Shown piece by piece: positions 26,790 through 41,567 of a stretch of DNA of 64,000 nucleotides (positions are counted from its first letter, which is position 1; the number at the start of each line of letters is the position of its first letter). The translations under genes and the position numbers were made by a program. Under the pieces are notes generated by a model. The model did not search any database. It was not told the DNA's origin and saw nothing but the letters and a program-made list of their open reading frames with translations. This DNA is from Eledone cirrhosa (lineage: Eukaryota), in the NCBI GenBank assembly GCA_964016885.1, contig OZ024743.1, positions 38,254,001 to 38,318,000 on the forward strand, written 5' to 3'.

Positions 26790-28149
26790 ATATTTAAATT
26801 GTGGGTTACAACGAGTAAATATTTATAACTGATATAAAAGCACTCAACAAGTATTTGGAGTATATTTACGATATTAAATAAATGGAAATTATATTTATAA
26901 AACCATATTTATTTCATTATATATATTTCAGGGATATCATATTAACAATATGTTATGCCTTCTTCAGACAAAATACAATATAGACAGTCTTATAAATAAA
27001 TAGATTCGACATACCTTTCAACATCGACTTGCATTTGAAAAGTTGATTTGGCAGTAAAAATATTATGGACAGTTGTAAAAAGAAAGAAAGAAAGAAAGAA
27101 AAAAAGAAAGAAAGAAAAACGAAGAAAAAGAAGAAATGCATGCAACTAAATAGAGAGAGATAGAAAGATAGATAAAGAGAAGAACTTCATGTAAAGAAAC
27201 AGAGATAAATATATAGAGAGAGGAAATAGATAGAGATAGATAGATATAGATAGAGAAAAGTAGGTAGTTGAGCATCAGTTGAATGACGTATCAATGATAC
27301 ATTTATTTATTTATTTATTTATTTAGCTCTAGTATTAATGTAAAGAGAGATATATGTGGTTAGGAGAGAAAACAACCGTTATATAGAGAGAGAAAAAAGA
27401 AAAATGAAAAATAACCAGGCATAAGCGAGGCAGAATTTAAAAACACTATGTTTCATCAATGTAGAAATATTAGTTCGTATAAAACAGGCATTATAATGTA
27501 AATATCAGTATTCATGAATAATGCCTGTTTTATACGAACTAATATTTCTACATTGATGAAACATAGTGTTTTTAATTTCTGCCTCGCTTATGTCTGTTTT
27601 TAAATTCTGCCTCGCTTATGTCTGGTTATTTTTCATTTTTTTTTTTCTCTCTATATATAACGGCTGTTTTCTCTCCTAACCACATATATCTTTCTTTACA
27701 TTAATACTAGAGCTAAATAAATAAATAAATAAATAAATGTATCATTGATACGTCATTCAACTGATGCTCAACTACCTACTTTTCTCTATCTATATCTATC
27801 TATCTCTATCTATTTCCTCTCTCTATATATTTCTCTCTGTTTCTTTACATGAAGTTCTTCTCTTTAACTATCTTTCTATCTCTCTCTATTTAGTTGCATG
27901 CATTTCTTCTTTTTCTTCGTTTTTCTTTCTTTCTTTCTTTTTACAACTGTCCATAATATTTTTACTGCCAAATCAACTTTTCAAATGCAAGTCGATGTTG
28001 AAAGGTATGTCGAATCTATTTATTTATAAGACTGTCTATATTGTATTTTGTCTGAAGAAGGCATAACATATTGTTAATATGATATCCCTGAAATATATAT
28101 AATGAAATAAATATGGTTTTATAAATATAATTTCCATTTATTTAATATC

Positions 28150-28152
<3 letters not shown>
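26790..28152 (-). mobile_element. ORF-less fold-back of family-A pLTR (~630-bp arms, ~23-nt spacer, one-sided tail)
   Basis: 26867-27494 is the reverse complement of 27518-28152 and is homologous to 14560-15320. HHRs at 28044-28109 (+) and 26910-26975 (-). (TA)n on both sides. Confidence 0.88.
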
Positions 28153-28209
<57 letters not shown>

Positions 28210-28212
<3 letters not shown>

Positions 28213-28722
28213 AAAATAAAGTTCCTAAGGCATGGTATAAATTTCCAATCATTTTAATCACGACACATGTTTCAATAAGAGATAGGTCGATCGTGTAGCC
28301 GTGATCTATTATCACTGATCTCATCAGGTGAAAATTAAATGTCTTCTATCCTTGATATGAGAGAGAAAATTAACGGTGTTCACTCACAGAGTTTAGTCCT
28401 TAAATGAACATCGTTAATTGTCTCCCTCATATCAAGGATTTGAAGACAATTCATTTTCACCTGACGAGCTCAGTGATAATAGATCACGGCTACACGATCG
28501 ATCTATCTCTTATTGAAACATGTGTCGTGATTAAAATGATTGGACATTTATACCATGCCTTCGGATCTTTATTTTGATACAAATACTCCGTTTTACATCA
28601 TCTAGCTCTTCCCATAAATGGAATTGGAGATATACAAAAGCGTGGAGAACTTAATATTGCAAACAAAAATTAATTGTACCGTTTGATACAAACAATAATA
28701 CTATACTATATAACAACTCTAT
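28210..28722 (+). mobile_element. ORF-less fold-back element with two opposed HHRs
   Basis: ~28210-28365 is the reverse complement of ~28420-28581. HHR TCAC-CTGACGA(28461)...GAAA(28515)-CATGTG-TC-GTGA; minus-strand copy 28258-28331 has CTGATGA. Confidence 0.82.
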
Positions 28723-28731
28723 TTATATATA

Positions 28732-30920
28732 GAAACCCACCACCTAAGCAATTTCCTAGATATTCTGCTTAAACCTTTCCTAAAACACATAAAAAGCATC
28801 ATAAGGGACGACATTGACATGCTCAACCACCTCCCAACAAACACTCAATAACGAACATACCCTAGTAGTAACCTTTGATGTCATCAATTTATATTCCAAT
28901 ATCCCACACAACCTAGGTATAGAGGCAATACAATTCTAGATGGAAAATTTCCCTATTGTACTCCCACAGCACATCCCTAAAAAATTTGAGTTGGAGGGAC
29001 TCAAATTCATCTTGGAAAACAATTTCTTCGAATTCAATGCCAAATACTACAGACAGAAATCTGGGACTGCCAGGAGTACGAAAGTGGCCCCCTCATACGC
29101 CAACCTTGTTATAGGTTATTTGGAAATCACTCTCTACCGCAAAGTTCTAGACAAATACGGTAACCACTTCTACCTACACATAGAAAAGAACTGGAAGAGA
29201 TATCTGGACGACTGCTTCATCCTCTGGCATGAAAGTATAGATAGACTGATTGAGTTTAAAACCCTTCTAAATGGACTCAACACAAACTTACGATTCACAA
29301 TGGATTACAGCCATGAACAACTTCCTTTCCTCGACACCCTCATCAAGAAAACAAGCAACAACATAGAAACAGACATATACTACAAACCCAAAGACTCTAA
29401 ACAATACCTTCCATTCAACTCGTGCCACCCTAGATACACCAAAATGGCAATTCCTTATAACCTAGCCAGAAGGACTGCACAATAGTTTCAGATAAATGCA
29501 CATGCTACACACGACTAGAAGAATTAACAAATACACTTATCAGCAGAAACTACCCACCATACCTAATCACCAATGGATTCCAACGTGCCCTAAAACTGGA
29601 CATCCAGGAACTCAGACACCCCAAACCCAGGAATGAACCGCAACAAAAAACTCTACCATACATCTCCACACACAACCCCCTTAACAATGAGGCATTCGAC
29701 ACCAACCTCCAGAACATTCCTTTACTAAAATGAGACCCAAGAATGAACAAAATCCACCAAACACACAACATCATAAAGAGCAAAAGACAACCTAAATCCA
29801 TAAAAAACATCCTCACACAAGCCGAAATGCAACAGACCCTCACAATGAACCCTACAGTAATAAAATGCGGAAGTCCCAAATGTGGCATATGCATAAATCT
29901 AATAGAAGGTTCAACATTCCATTTGAAACAAGGACAGCTTTTCACAGTTAAACACAACTTTACATGTGCATCTGAAAACCTTATCTATGTTTTGCCCTGC
30001 TCAGGTTGTCAAGAGCACTAGATAGGACAGACAAAAAACAGCCCCCGTCAACGTACGACCGTCCATAAATCACAAATTAAAATACAGGAATACAGAAAGA
30101 TTGCCTTTAGTGAACATATCGCCAATTGTACTCACAACCAACATCCAAACTTTAAAATTTTCCCCATTTACAAATTCATAGACAACGCTACTTTCATCCA
30201 ACGTACCAACAAGGAAACATATTTCATTAATAAATTCCAACTCCTACTTAATGCTCTAAAAATCGAACCAATCTAAAACTGCAACAAACAATGAAACATT
30301 TACAAGTGTTACCTCCCTCAGACCATACCAAATCCTTTTTCTTAAATAAATTAAATATCATCCAGCAAGAATTGTTTCCCCCTGCATATTAACTCTCTAA
30401 AAAGGGAAATCATATCAAATCTCAGTCCACCATTTGCCTCCATCATGGAATCATGGATCAACTAAGCACTCTTGCTATATTAATACATTTTGATCTGCTT
30501 AGCTTCAATAATTATGCTTGTAAATAACATTATTTTTTCTTCCACATTGACTTTTTATGCTCTACATTATGCACGTTTTTTTTTCCTTTTTCTATTTTCT
30601 TTTCACTTCATAAACCTTGTTTGAAAATAACATTATTCTCTCTGCACCCACTGTTTAACATGTGCGACACCACGCATTTCACTATCATTTGATAATGAAT
30701 AAAAATGCTGAAACCGGTAAGAGAAAATAATTAAATATATATATAGATAAATAAATGCCATTGTTAAATAATAAATAAATCAACTAATACCTTAACACTT
30801 CACCCAAAGTAAAACATTTCGTTTTAATCATTTTCTAACCCAGAAAAGAAAGAGAAAGAAACAAAAAAAGGAAAAAAAAAAATGTTTCTTCCTAATAATC
30901 GTCTCTTTTCCCTGTTTTCA
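28732..30920 (+). mobile_element. 5'-truncated Penelope-like element, Neptune-like (RT + Cys-rich linker + GIY-YIG to ~30276, then 3' region)
   Basis: TFDVINLYSNIPH, QKSGTA..TKVAPSYANL, WKRYLDDCFILW, LPFLD, SCHP, KCGSPKCGIC, FTCASENLIYVLPCSGC..IGQT; several stops and frameshifts. Confidence 0.9.
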
Positions 30921-30924
30921 TATA

Positions 30925-30959
<35 letters not shown>

Positions 30960-30963
<4 letters not shown>

Positions 30964-31601
30964 AAGTATGACCCCGACGGCAGAGCTCAAGCCGTTTCGA
31001 CGGCTATTTCTGGACTAAATTAGAATTTTTAGCGTGGTGAATAAATAGCCGAACTAGTCAAGGGTAGTTCCTTATATGGGAAGATTGTAGTTGCCAAGAG
31101 GATTGATGAAAATTTGTTGTAAACACAAATAAGTCTATCATGGCATTTGGTGGGCGGTAGGAGTGGCTGAATTTGCCTGTAGAACATTCTATTTACCTAT
31201 TCTATAACCTCCCTCCTCCACTTCATACACTATCCTTAGAATCTGCTGTATACATATCACTTTCAAGGCCTGACCGCTCCACTCACTCCACTCCCCTATT
31301 GTTCTACAGGCAAGTTCAGCCACCCCTACCTCCCACCAAATGCCATGATACACTTATTTGTGTTTACAACAAATTTTAACCAAACCTCTTGACAACTACA
31401 ATCTTTCCATATAAGGAAGTACCCCTTGACAAGTTCGGCTATTTATTCACCAAGCTAAAAATTTAGCCCAGAAATAGCCGTCGAAACGGCTTGAGCTCTG
31501 GTGTTGGGGTCAAACTTTTTCCTATTTCCCACTCTACTACCCTAAGTATTGAGTACTCTGGTGCGTTATGGTCCATGTGGTTCCTTACCACAATTCCTAT
31601 G

Positions 31602-31603
<2 letters not shown>
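30960..31603 (+). mobile_element. family-B fold-back element (~230-bp diverged arms + 80-nt tail) with decayed HHR
   Basis: 30960-31186 is the reverse complement of 31301-31521. Motif ACCCC-TTGACAA-..CGGCTATTT..AAATAGCCG..-GAAA-CGGC..-GGGGT. Confidence 0.8.
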
Positions 31604-32130
<527 letters not shown>

Positions 32131-32149
32131 AGATACATTAATTTGCATA

Positions 32150-33855
32150 ATAATTTATTTAGTTCTTGCAAACATAGATTAAATTCAACTTTTAGATATA
32201 TATATAAAATGTAATTACTCGTTTAATCTTCCTTACATAATGTTTACTCTATCCAAACACCTATAATCTCATTTCTTAAATTATATACATATATGTTCAA
32301 AAATTTAATGTAATTTTAATTACTTCGTAAATATATAATTCACTTCTTAAATCTCTAATTTACTTCTTCAAACATTTACTTTCTAGTATTTCTTCTTCAT
32401 ATATATACTTTTACCTTATCTATCTTACTTCCAAAAATATCTAATAATCCTTCTGGATTGATTACTTGAAAGTTTTCTTGGTTTTTTAAATGGTTTCTTA
32501 AAATGTTTTAAAATGTTTTTGAAAATGTTTTTGAAGATGTTTTAAAAGTTCTTTAAGAGCGTTATAGAAAATTATTAAAATTATTTCTTTATGCTAACTA
32601 ATATTTTAATATTTTCGAAATTAATATTTTTAAAATTTATACTTTCCAATATTCTAAACACTTTTAAATATGTTTAATATTTTAAATATTTAACTACTTC
32701 CAAATATTTCTGAATACTTCTTTATATTTCGAATAATTTAGGTTCTAATTATAATTTACGAATAGGTTTAAACATTTTAAATGATTCTTGTGTATCTTAG
32801 GAGTTTTCTGAGATTCCTAAAAAATTCCTAAAAAACCTCTTTATAGGTTTTATAATCTTAATTTTTATAGTCAGAATTTCTAAATGGTTTTAGTATATAC
32901 TTTTAATTAAGTAACTTTTCGTAACCTTGCTAATTTTTCCTAAGTACGTAATATTTGACTTACAACCGGTAATAAATTCTGGCTAAATATATTTTTGTCT
33001 AACTCATCTCATAATAACTAGTAAATAAACAAATCTTGATTCTCAATATTTTTCCAATGTAAAACATTATACATTTAAATAATCTATCTTCTATAACATG
33101 ACATATAATTTTAAATACATCTTTAATGATATATATCCTTATTTTTTAATTTAACACTATTTTTAATTTATCATTATCATTAATTTATCATTATTTTTAT
33201 CTTATTATTTTTTAATATAAACATAACAAAAAAATGTATTTACGAGATATGGATTCATCCCTAGATAAGCTTATTTCTTCGCTCGTTCTTCTTTAACTTT
33301 TTTTAATCATTACTCTGTAAAAGATACTTTTTCTTTCTTTCTCTCTTTTTTCTTCGTCTCTCTCTTTCTTTCTTCTCCCTTTTCCTTTTTCTTTTTCTTT
33401 CTCTTTTTTTCTCTCTCTCTCTCTATTTCTCTCTCTCTATCTCTTTGTTTTCTCTCTCTCTCTCTCTTTTCTTCTCTCTGTTTCTCTTCTTCCAACATTA
33501 TAATTTAAATAAACCGTTGTTTTTTCAATTCTTTCGGACATACGTTTGCATATTCATACACAACTTTGAATCACCCTCAATAAAAAATGTTTCCACTATC
33601 CAGCGAACTTCAACCGTCAAGGTTGTTCTTCGTCAACATTTATAAAACAAATTTTGTATTTTATCTGATGAAAGCGCACCGAAATTTACCTTGGTTGCCC
33701 TTGAAATATATATAATAAAATAATTATGGTTTTATAAATATAGTTTCCATTTATTAATATAATGAATATTTATTCCAGTAAACTGTTGAGTGCTTTATTT
33801 CACTTATAAAACTTTTAAGTTAGTTGAATTCCAGCAAATTAAATATAACCTTTGC
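32150..33855 (+). mobile_element. severely 5'-truncated Naiad-like PLE (last EN codons + ~1.5-kb 3' region + HHR)
   Basis: 32160-32213 encodes SCKHRLNSTFRYIYKM*, matching the end of ORF 12902-13702. 33650-33850 is homologous to 15115-15320. Confidence 0.75.
33657..33722 (+). ncRNA. type-I hammerhead ribozyme (family A variant)
   Basis: TATTTTAT-CTGATGA(33665)-AAG.GCA.CC..GG.TGC.CTT-GAAA(33703)-TATATAT-A-ATAAAATA. Confidence 0.8.
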
Positions 33856-33856
33856 A

Positions 33857-33897
<41 letters not shown>

Positions 33898-33957
33898 ACC
33901 TATATATTTATATATGAGTATATATATATATGTGTGTACCTATATATTTATATATGA

Positions 33958-33994
<37 letters not shown>

Positions 33995-35257
33995 TGTGTG
34001 TGTAATATATATGTATATGTATATATGTTTTATATATAGTTATGGGGAAATAGGGGAGGAGCGTGTACGTATGTGCATGTTTGAGTGTGTGTAAATGTGT
34101 GTGTCTGTGTGTTTGTGTGTTTGTGTGTGTGTATGTGAAATCGCCAGTAGAAGATGAATTGTAGTGGTATAAAATAAAGTAGAGTGGTGAATGCAAAAAG
34201 AAATATTCTCTGAGAGGAAAAAGCAATAACGTAACCGACGTGTATATGCATGCCGCTGCATTTCTATATTTAGACATGTGATTTTAGATTCCGTTGTTAT
34301 GATAACTTTCTTATGTATATGTAGTTTTTTTTCTGGAAATCCTTTCAACACCTAGTTGCTATGGTGCCTAATATTGATTAGAGATGATCCTTGTACAAGT
34401 GAAAAATGCTTTCCCTTTCATACTGTCTCTCATATACGATTTATACCCATATTCAAAAGGTTAATGTCTTTTTTTGCTGATGTAAAAAATAAAATAATAG
34501 AATGCTTACGCCACACATCATATTAACTTCAATAGTTTTATAAAATCGGATATTCGTTTGATTGTGCGATATACCTTATTCCGTTTTAAGCAAACACGTT
34601 TATCAATCTTTTATATATTATATTTTCGTTATTTGAGTTATAACTAGCATTTATAGAATTATTTTTAGTGCATATGACTGCCATTCGCGATTCACTTTAT
34701 TTTGAAAAAAAGTTTCCTTCTTTCTCGGTTTCCTTTCCGATTTCTGAAGGTATATTCTTTGTGAAAATGTAGCTGATTTTCACACTGAATTCCTGGTCAA
34801 TTTGCTATTAGATTTGGTTCGAGTTTTCATACATCTCTAGTCTATCCACACTTTATTGAAGCTACTACATGAACGATGCATCAATGGAGATTCTACATCG
34901 CTGCTTGAATTGTTGGAAATAGTAGCTTAATTTCGCTTGAATCATAAACTAAGACTGCCCATAGAAACGTTTTTATTTATGAATTTTATGAAAACATTCT
35001 GGACTACTGACCAGAGCATTGTCATCAGGCACTCTTGAATTGCATCGTATCGGTTAACATTATGAATGTAGAACAAACGTTGCGTTATTTAGACGATCAT
35101 GTGTGGATGCTTGTGATGAAGAATCCAGAGATACTATTTTTTTATATTTTCAGGTAGGAGTATCTCATTATAAACATCGCTACATACTTATGCTATATAA
35201 GTTTGGTTCAAGTTTAGTATACGTTACTATATAGTGTATACTGTATTAGATAAAGGA

Positions 35258-35294
<37 letters not shown>

Positions 35295-35321
35295 CATACA
35301 TATATATCTATGCACATACAT

Positions 35322-35393
<72 letters not shown>

Positions 35394-35551
35394 GAAAAGT
35401 ATAGAAATTGTTGTAGCGAGAAGCTAACGGTATTCCATAACATATATGCGACTATAGCGTCAACATGGGAAAATAGTTAACATAAGATATGGGAAAAATA
35501 ATTCAGACTCAATTCAAAAGGAATGAGGATATAGATGTATCCAACAGAATT

Positions 35552-35890
35552 AAGAGAAATCCAGGGAAAAATCAATAGAGCCTTAACTGATGATGAAACA
35601 AAGTCTAAAGTACTCAACCTTCAATTTGGGACAACTTCAAATGCTCTGTATAGTCTTGAAAAGACTATTTCACGAAAACTTCAGTGGAGATGGTCACGGT
35701 TGAATTTCGTTCCTCAAAAGGAATCAGGATATAGATTTTAGAGAAATCCAAGGAAAAATCAATAGAGCCTCAACTCAAGATAAAACAAAGCTAAAGTACT
35801 CAACCTTCAATTTGGGACAACTTCAAATGCTCTGTATAGTCTTGAAAAGACTATTTCACGAAAACTTCCAGTGGAGATGGTCACGGTTGG
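35552..35890 (+). repeat. tandem duplication, ~150-bp shared segment with ~188-bp period
   Basis: AGAGAAATCCA.GGAAAAATCAATAGAGCC...GGAGATGGTCACGGTTG at ~35552 and ~35740. Confidence 0.85.
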
Positions 35891-36417
35891 ATGACATTGG
35901 CTGTTTTTACTCCACGTCATCACAATTTCTGGTCAGTATTTAGTGCTACACGGGTCATCAACCATTTTCCGTCCGACACACTTCAATGGAGTCATGCTGG
36001 GTTCAGCATCTCACACGTCTGTTCACACTCCAGAGTAAGCACCCACACATACGAATATACACACACATATACACATACATGTAGACACAGACACATTAGC
36101 GCATACACACACGTACGCCTACATGCGTAGACACACACACCTCCACATACATGCATACATGTATATATAAACACACGCGCTCTCCCTCACGTCAACGGAC
36201 CCAGTCACACCCACTTCTAGGTACATATCGCCACAAGCCTTATAACGGCTGCTTAAGTCGCGCCATACAACCGATCTGACACGCATGGCCTTCGCAAACA
36301 TACAAATATATACACACATACGCGCGACCACATACATACGCACAACCTTATATACATTTATATATATACACACACTCATACACACACACTCATACACACA
36401 CATATATACATACACAT

Positions 36418-36536
<119 letters not shown>

Positions 36537-36689
36537 CTTTCATATATATATCGCTATTTTAGAGCACCAATTCTAATATTCAATTTCGGCCTGACCGGCA
36601 ATCGCTCTGCATAATCAATTCCTGATTATTACTAGAATTCTATACGAATCAAACATTTTTTTAATACGAAATTACATACACACACACAT

Positions 36690-36739
<50 letters not shown>

Positions 36740-36745
<6 letters not shown>

Positions 36746-38089
36746 TCAGGTTATCAATAATGTAGTGAAAATCTTAATGTAGTTAAAATCTTAAACCCTA
36801 ACACTATTCGACTTTCATATTCAACCGCCCCTAATATTGAACAACATATAAAAAAGCTTAACGCAAAACGGTTGTATAAACGCCTTCCAACACATAACAA
36901 TACACGTAAAACATTAGCTATAACATCACAAAACAACAAACAACATCCTGTCCTACATAAGCAACCTCATCAACCCATCCATGGCAATACAACAACGCAA
37001 AATTGTAATTGCAACTGTGTCCAACCAGGAATGTGTCCGTTGAACAATCAATGTCTTGAACGCAACATCGTATACAAATGTACTATCGAATCGGATAGAC
37101 AGAAGTGGTACTATGTGGGATCTACAGCCACCTCCTTCAAATCACGCCTTTATGGACATCGTTATTCGATAAAACATGAAAACCAGCGTTATGTAACAAC
37201 ACTCGCAGACAAGGCTTGGCAGCTGCGTGAAAATAACCAACAATTTCACCTAAAATGGGATATAATAGCGACTGCCCCCCCCCCCCCCCCCCCATATTCC
37301 AATGGACAGGAATTTTGTAAATTATGTAATGTAGAATTATTTTGTATTATGAAATCCAAAAACATTTTATTAAATAACAGAATAGAGCGATCGTTATACT
37401 GTAACCATCGCTTAAAATCTACATTTTCATATTATAAATACTACCAGGATTGAACGCCTGTCTCTATCCCCGTTTGATTGCCAAAATAGATATGAACATT
37501 CTTTATTAGTCTTAATTCTATCAACTCTTCTATTATTTACCTTTTAATACAAACTGCTATAGATAAAATGAGATTTCTGATTTCTTGATTCAATTCCCTA
37601 GTGCATATACCAGCTGGCTACTAGCATTGATGTTATTTAGTAGCAATCGAAATCTCCCCCTTCCCCAATTGACACTTTATAATTAATACTACTGCACCAA
37701 ATGACCAGCCCTGTCCACTGTCCAGTTGGTCAAGTAGAGATTAAAATTGGCACTCCCAAAATTCTTATTTAGATTTACTCATGGTATTCTCATTAAAAAC
37801 CCATTATATACTTGTTTAGCAGTAAATTATTTTACCATCTGTCATATTCTATCCCCTCTGTTCCTTCCTCTTTTACTAATATAAATACTTCAATTTTTCT
37901 GATTTTATCCAGTTTATCCAAAATCTCTGAAGAAGTGACAACTGATTATACATTTGCTATCGAATACTTGCTAACATTATATGATTACGCAAGCAGCGAT
38001 ACATAGGTATTCGGTCTGTTACAGAAACATATGTCAATACCTAATAAATTCCTTCTTTAACAAAAGCACTTTCATTTTATATTCATCCT

Positions 38090-38092
<3 letters not shown>
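36740..38092 (+). mobile_element. 5'-truncated Naiad-like PLE: GIY-YIG ORF 36872-37453 + 3' region with HHR
   Basis: CNC..PGMCPLNNQCLERNIVYKC..YYVGSTATSFKSRLYGH..CKLCNVE..CNHRLKSTF. HHR: CTGAAGA 37927, GTGACA/TGTTAC-closed long stem II, GAAA 38024, ACATATGT-C; stem I is poor. Confidence 0.85.
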
Positions 38093-38119
<27 letters not shown>

Positions 38120-38124
<5 letters not shown>

Positions 38125-38752
38125 GATAAGCAGAAGAAGTAAAATTCAATCAATTTTTCAAAATACATTAAAAAATATAATATAAATATTTACCTCTCCT
38201 AGTGGCCCTTACTGATCAGTTTCGCTTTGTAAAACCTCATAAATCCGATGGATTCATGATGGAAAACCAAAGCTCATCAGAGAAGCATTTTCCCTTCCTA
38301 GGGCTAAACGTCCCAGGAACGACAAAATATACAACCTCCTGCCAGCTAATAAAGGTATGAAAGGTCGTAAAATTGACCCGTATGTAAACTGGATCGAAGT
38401 AAAAGCGGGAAAATCAAAGACTTGCTGTCTACAATTACTACTAAAAAAATAGCAGCCAAGTAGAGCAACAGATTTGTTCTCAACGGACGGAGAAAAAGGT
38501 AGAAGTTAATATGTCCAGGGATACTAGGTACCCCTAGAAATACATAGGTTGTCTATGATTCAAGGTTGTTCAATGGTGTTAATTTGATACACCAGAACTT
38601 TAATATTAAGATAAGCAGAACAAGTAAAATTCAATCAATTTTTCAAAATACATTAAAAAATATAATATGAATATTTACCTCTCTTAGTGGCCCTTACTGA
38701 TCAGTTTCGCTTTGTAAAACCTCATAAATCCGATGGATTCATGATGGAAAAC

Positions 38753-38756
<4 letters not shown>
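38120..38756 (-). mobile_element. tandem ~485-bp HHR-containing unit (1.3 copies)
   Basis: 38120-38270 is repeated at 38606-38756. Minus-strand HHR 38204-38286: CTGATGA-GCTTTG..CATGAATCC-atc-GGATTTATG..CAAAGC-GAAA-CTGATCAG-TA. Confidence 0.82.
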
Positions 38757-38788
<32 letters not shown>

Positions 38789-39314
38789 AAAAAACCTACA
38801 TGCATACGCACACCCACACATATGCATAAATATACATACACACATACAGACATATATACATCAACATATGCATACACATAAGGGCTGCCACATGCAGACA
38901 CCTGCACATATGCATAGTTGCTTACACACACATGTGCTTCCACATATACATATATAAACAAAACCTTAAATTAAAAATACATTATATAATAAAAAACACA
39001 ATATACATAGAATAACGGTAAAATGCCATAACATAGAATATAAAATAAAAAGTATAAAATATCCATATATTATACAACATGATATATATATATATACACA
39101 CACACATCTACACACATTCATACATATATATACGGATATATACAAAGGATATATGATAAAGTAATATAAAAGGAATAATAGTACTAAAATGCATATATAC
39201 TCCATATATAATCATCCGTACACATTCCTTTGAGATGCACATAAACACATACATGTATGCACAAATACACATACACTCATATACAGGCCCAAATATGCAT
39301 ACACCCGCACCCAC

Positions 39315-39347
<33 letters not shown>

Positions 39348-39611
39348 TATACATATATATACACATTTACGCATCCCATACACCCACCTACTCATACGTA
39401 GCTATACGTACATACGCACACATATATACATATACATACATATATATATATATTTATATATACACACATATATACATACATACATATATACATACATACA
39501 CACACACATTCTGCGACATTTACATACATGCACATGTCTGCACATACACGTGCTCATAAGCTCATGCATACACGCACCCATGCCCATATACACACCCCGT
39601 ACACACCCACG

Positions 39612-39642
<31 letters not shown>

Positions 39643-40546
39643 ACATACATACACACATATATATACCTACGCACAGGTCCACACATAAAAACACGCGAAT
39701 ATAAACACAATAGGATAATAAAGTAAAATAAAATAAAAAAATAAATTTACAATATTTTAGGATACACTAAAATCTGTATGTACTTTCATAAATAGGTACA
39801 AGAAAAAAGGGGAAGAAAAAAAACGGGGGGGGGGGGTACATGAGAAGCTGCGTGTATCCATGTGATATACTACACACAGGTAGTATGAGGTGCAGACTTG
39901 TGTCCGTATACATACAGGTAACAGTAAAGGCTTCGGGCGATATGTATCTAGAATTGGGTGTGACTGGGTTCTTGGAAGTGAGTGAGAGCGTGTGTGTATA
40001 TATACATGTATGTATGTATGTGGAGGTGTGTGTGTCTATGCATGTAGGCGTACGTGTGTGTATGCACGAATGTGTCTGTGTCTACATGTGTGTGTATATT
40101 CGTATGTGTGGGTGCTTACTCTGGAGTGTGAACAGACGTGTAAGATGCTGAACCCAGCATGACTCCATTGAAGTGTGATGACCCGTGTGACAATAAATAC
40201 TGACCAGAAATTGTGATGACGTGAAGTAAAAACAGCCAATGGCATGACAAGAGTGGAAGAGGGTTTTTTGAGGGTGTTCTTTGATGATAACACCCCAGTG
40301 ATAAATTTGCTCCGAACGAAATACCCGTCTCTGAAAGAACCTGCAGCCGTAGAATCAGCCAGCCCATACAGGGACCATGTCTCGAGCTACCTGCCGGCGA
40401 AACAATTGTAACACGCAATAAATTAAGTCAAGAGGCATCACTGATTCTTCGTTTTCTTTATACTATCTACACTCTATTCTGCTGAATATCGAGTGCTAAT
40501 TTTGACATATACCGCCTATGGAAGCACCAGAGCTACCATTATACAC

Positions 40547-40634
<88 letters not shown>

Positions 40635-41447
40635 ATACACAAATTAATAAAGAATACGATTAAAGGCTATGTGTTGAAGCAACGCGAGTCGGAATAAACG
40701 TGGTAAGACATTTAACCTAAAAATCAAAGCTTGTACAAATAATTAAGCTTGATTTGATTATAAATCAAAGATTTCGATCTGATATAAATATCATTACTGT
40801 GACTTGTATCTTTGAAACAATGGGAAAAGAAATTAAGAAAACCAAGCAAACAAACAATACATGTTGGATATGTAACGCTGGCAAAAGTTTGCACAACATT
40901 TTAGCGATAACAATATTACAAAACCGTATATACGTAATTCTACATCGCAATAGTTTTCTTATGTTATTTTATATCATAACAACAAAATAAGATTTTTATA
41001 AAAAGTTTCATTCCTTCATATTCATGTCTTAAAAGAAAACTTAAAAGCAAAGTAAAACTCAAACTGAAGATGGTTTAATATTGATATCTTTCTAATCGTA
41101 TAAATGGTTGATCATAATATGTAATTGACAAACGGGAAATGAATTGTACAGATAATAATTCAATAAAGTTCGAATGGTTAACATGATTTTAGATTTTCTT
41201 TAGATTTAGTTGTCTGCACAGGAAGAACAAAGAATGGCATCAACGTATTCTGAATTATTTTATCTTTAATTCTATTATGGAGTTAGTTACGTACGTCCAT
41301 CTAAACCTTTCACGAGAACGTTACATCGGACATAGTAATCAAGATATCTGTGTTTAATGTATGTGTGTGCCTGTGTGTGTAAAGGCGTGTGTGAGTGTAG
41401 ATGTTTGTACGTGTACGCAAACACATCCACACACATATATATGTATG

Positions 41448-41544
<97 letters not shown>

Positions 41545-41567
41545 ATATATATATATATATATATATA

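Noticed and set aside
28210-28722. Treating this hairpin as the 5' pLTR of the adjacent Neptune-like ORF
   Set aside because: It is separated from the ORF by a short TA run and shows no visible match to that element's 3' region (30276-30920); it is more likely a separate insertion.
35580-35612. CTGATGA-T-GAAAC-aaa-GTC ultra-short hammerhead
   Set aside because: No stem II, mismatched stem I, and not conserved in the adjacent tandem copy.
35460-35741. PLE RT N-terminal remnant (YPTEL...LYSLEKT)
   Set aside because: The resemblance is too weak to call without a profile search.
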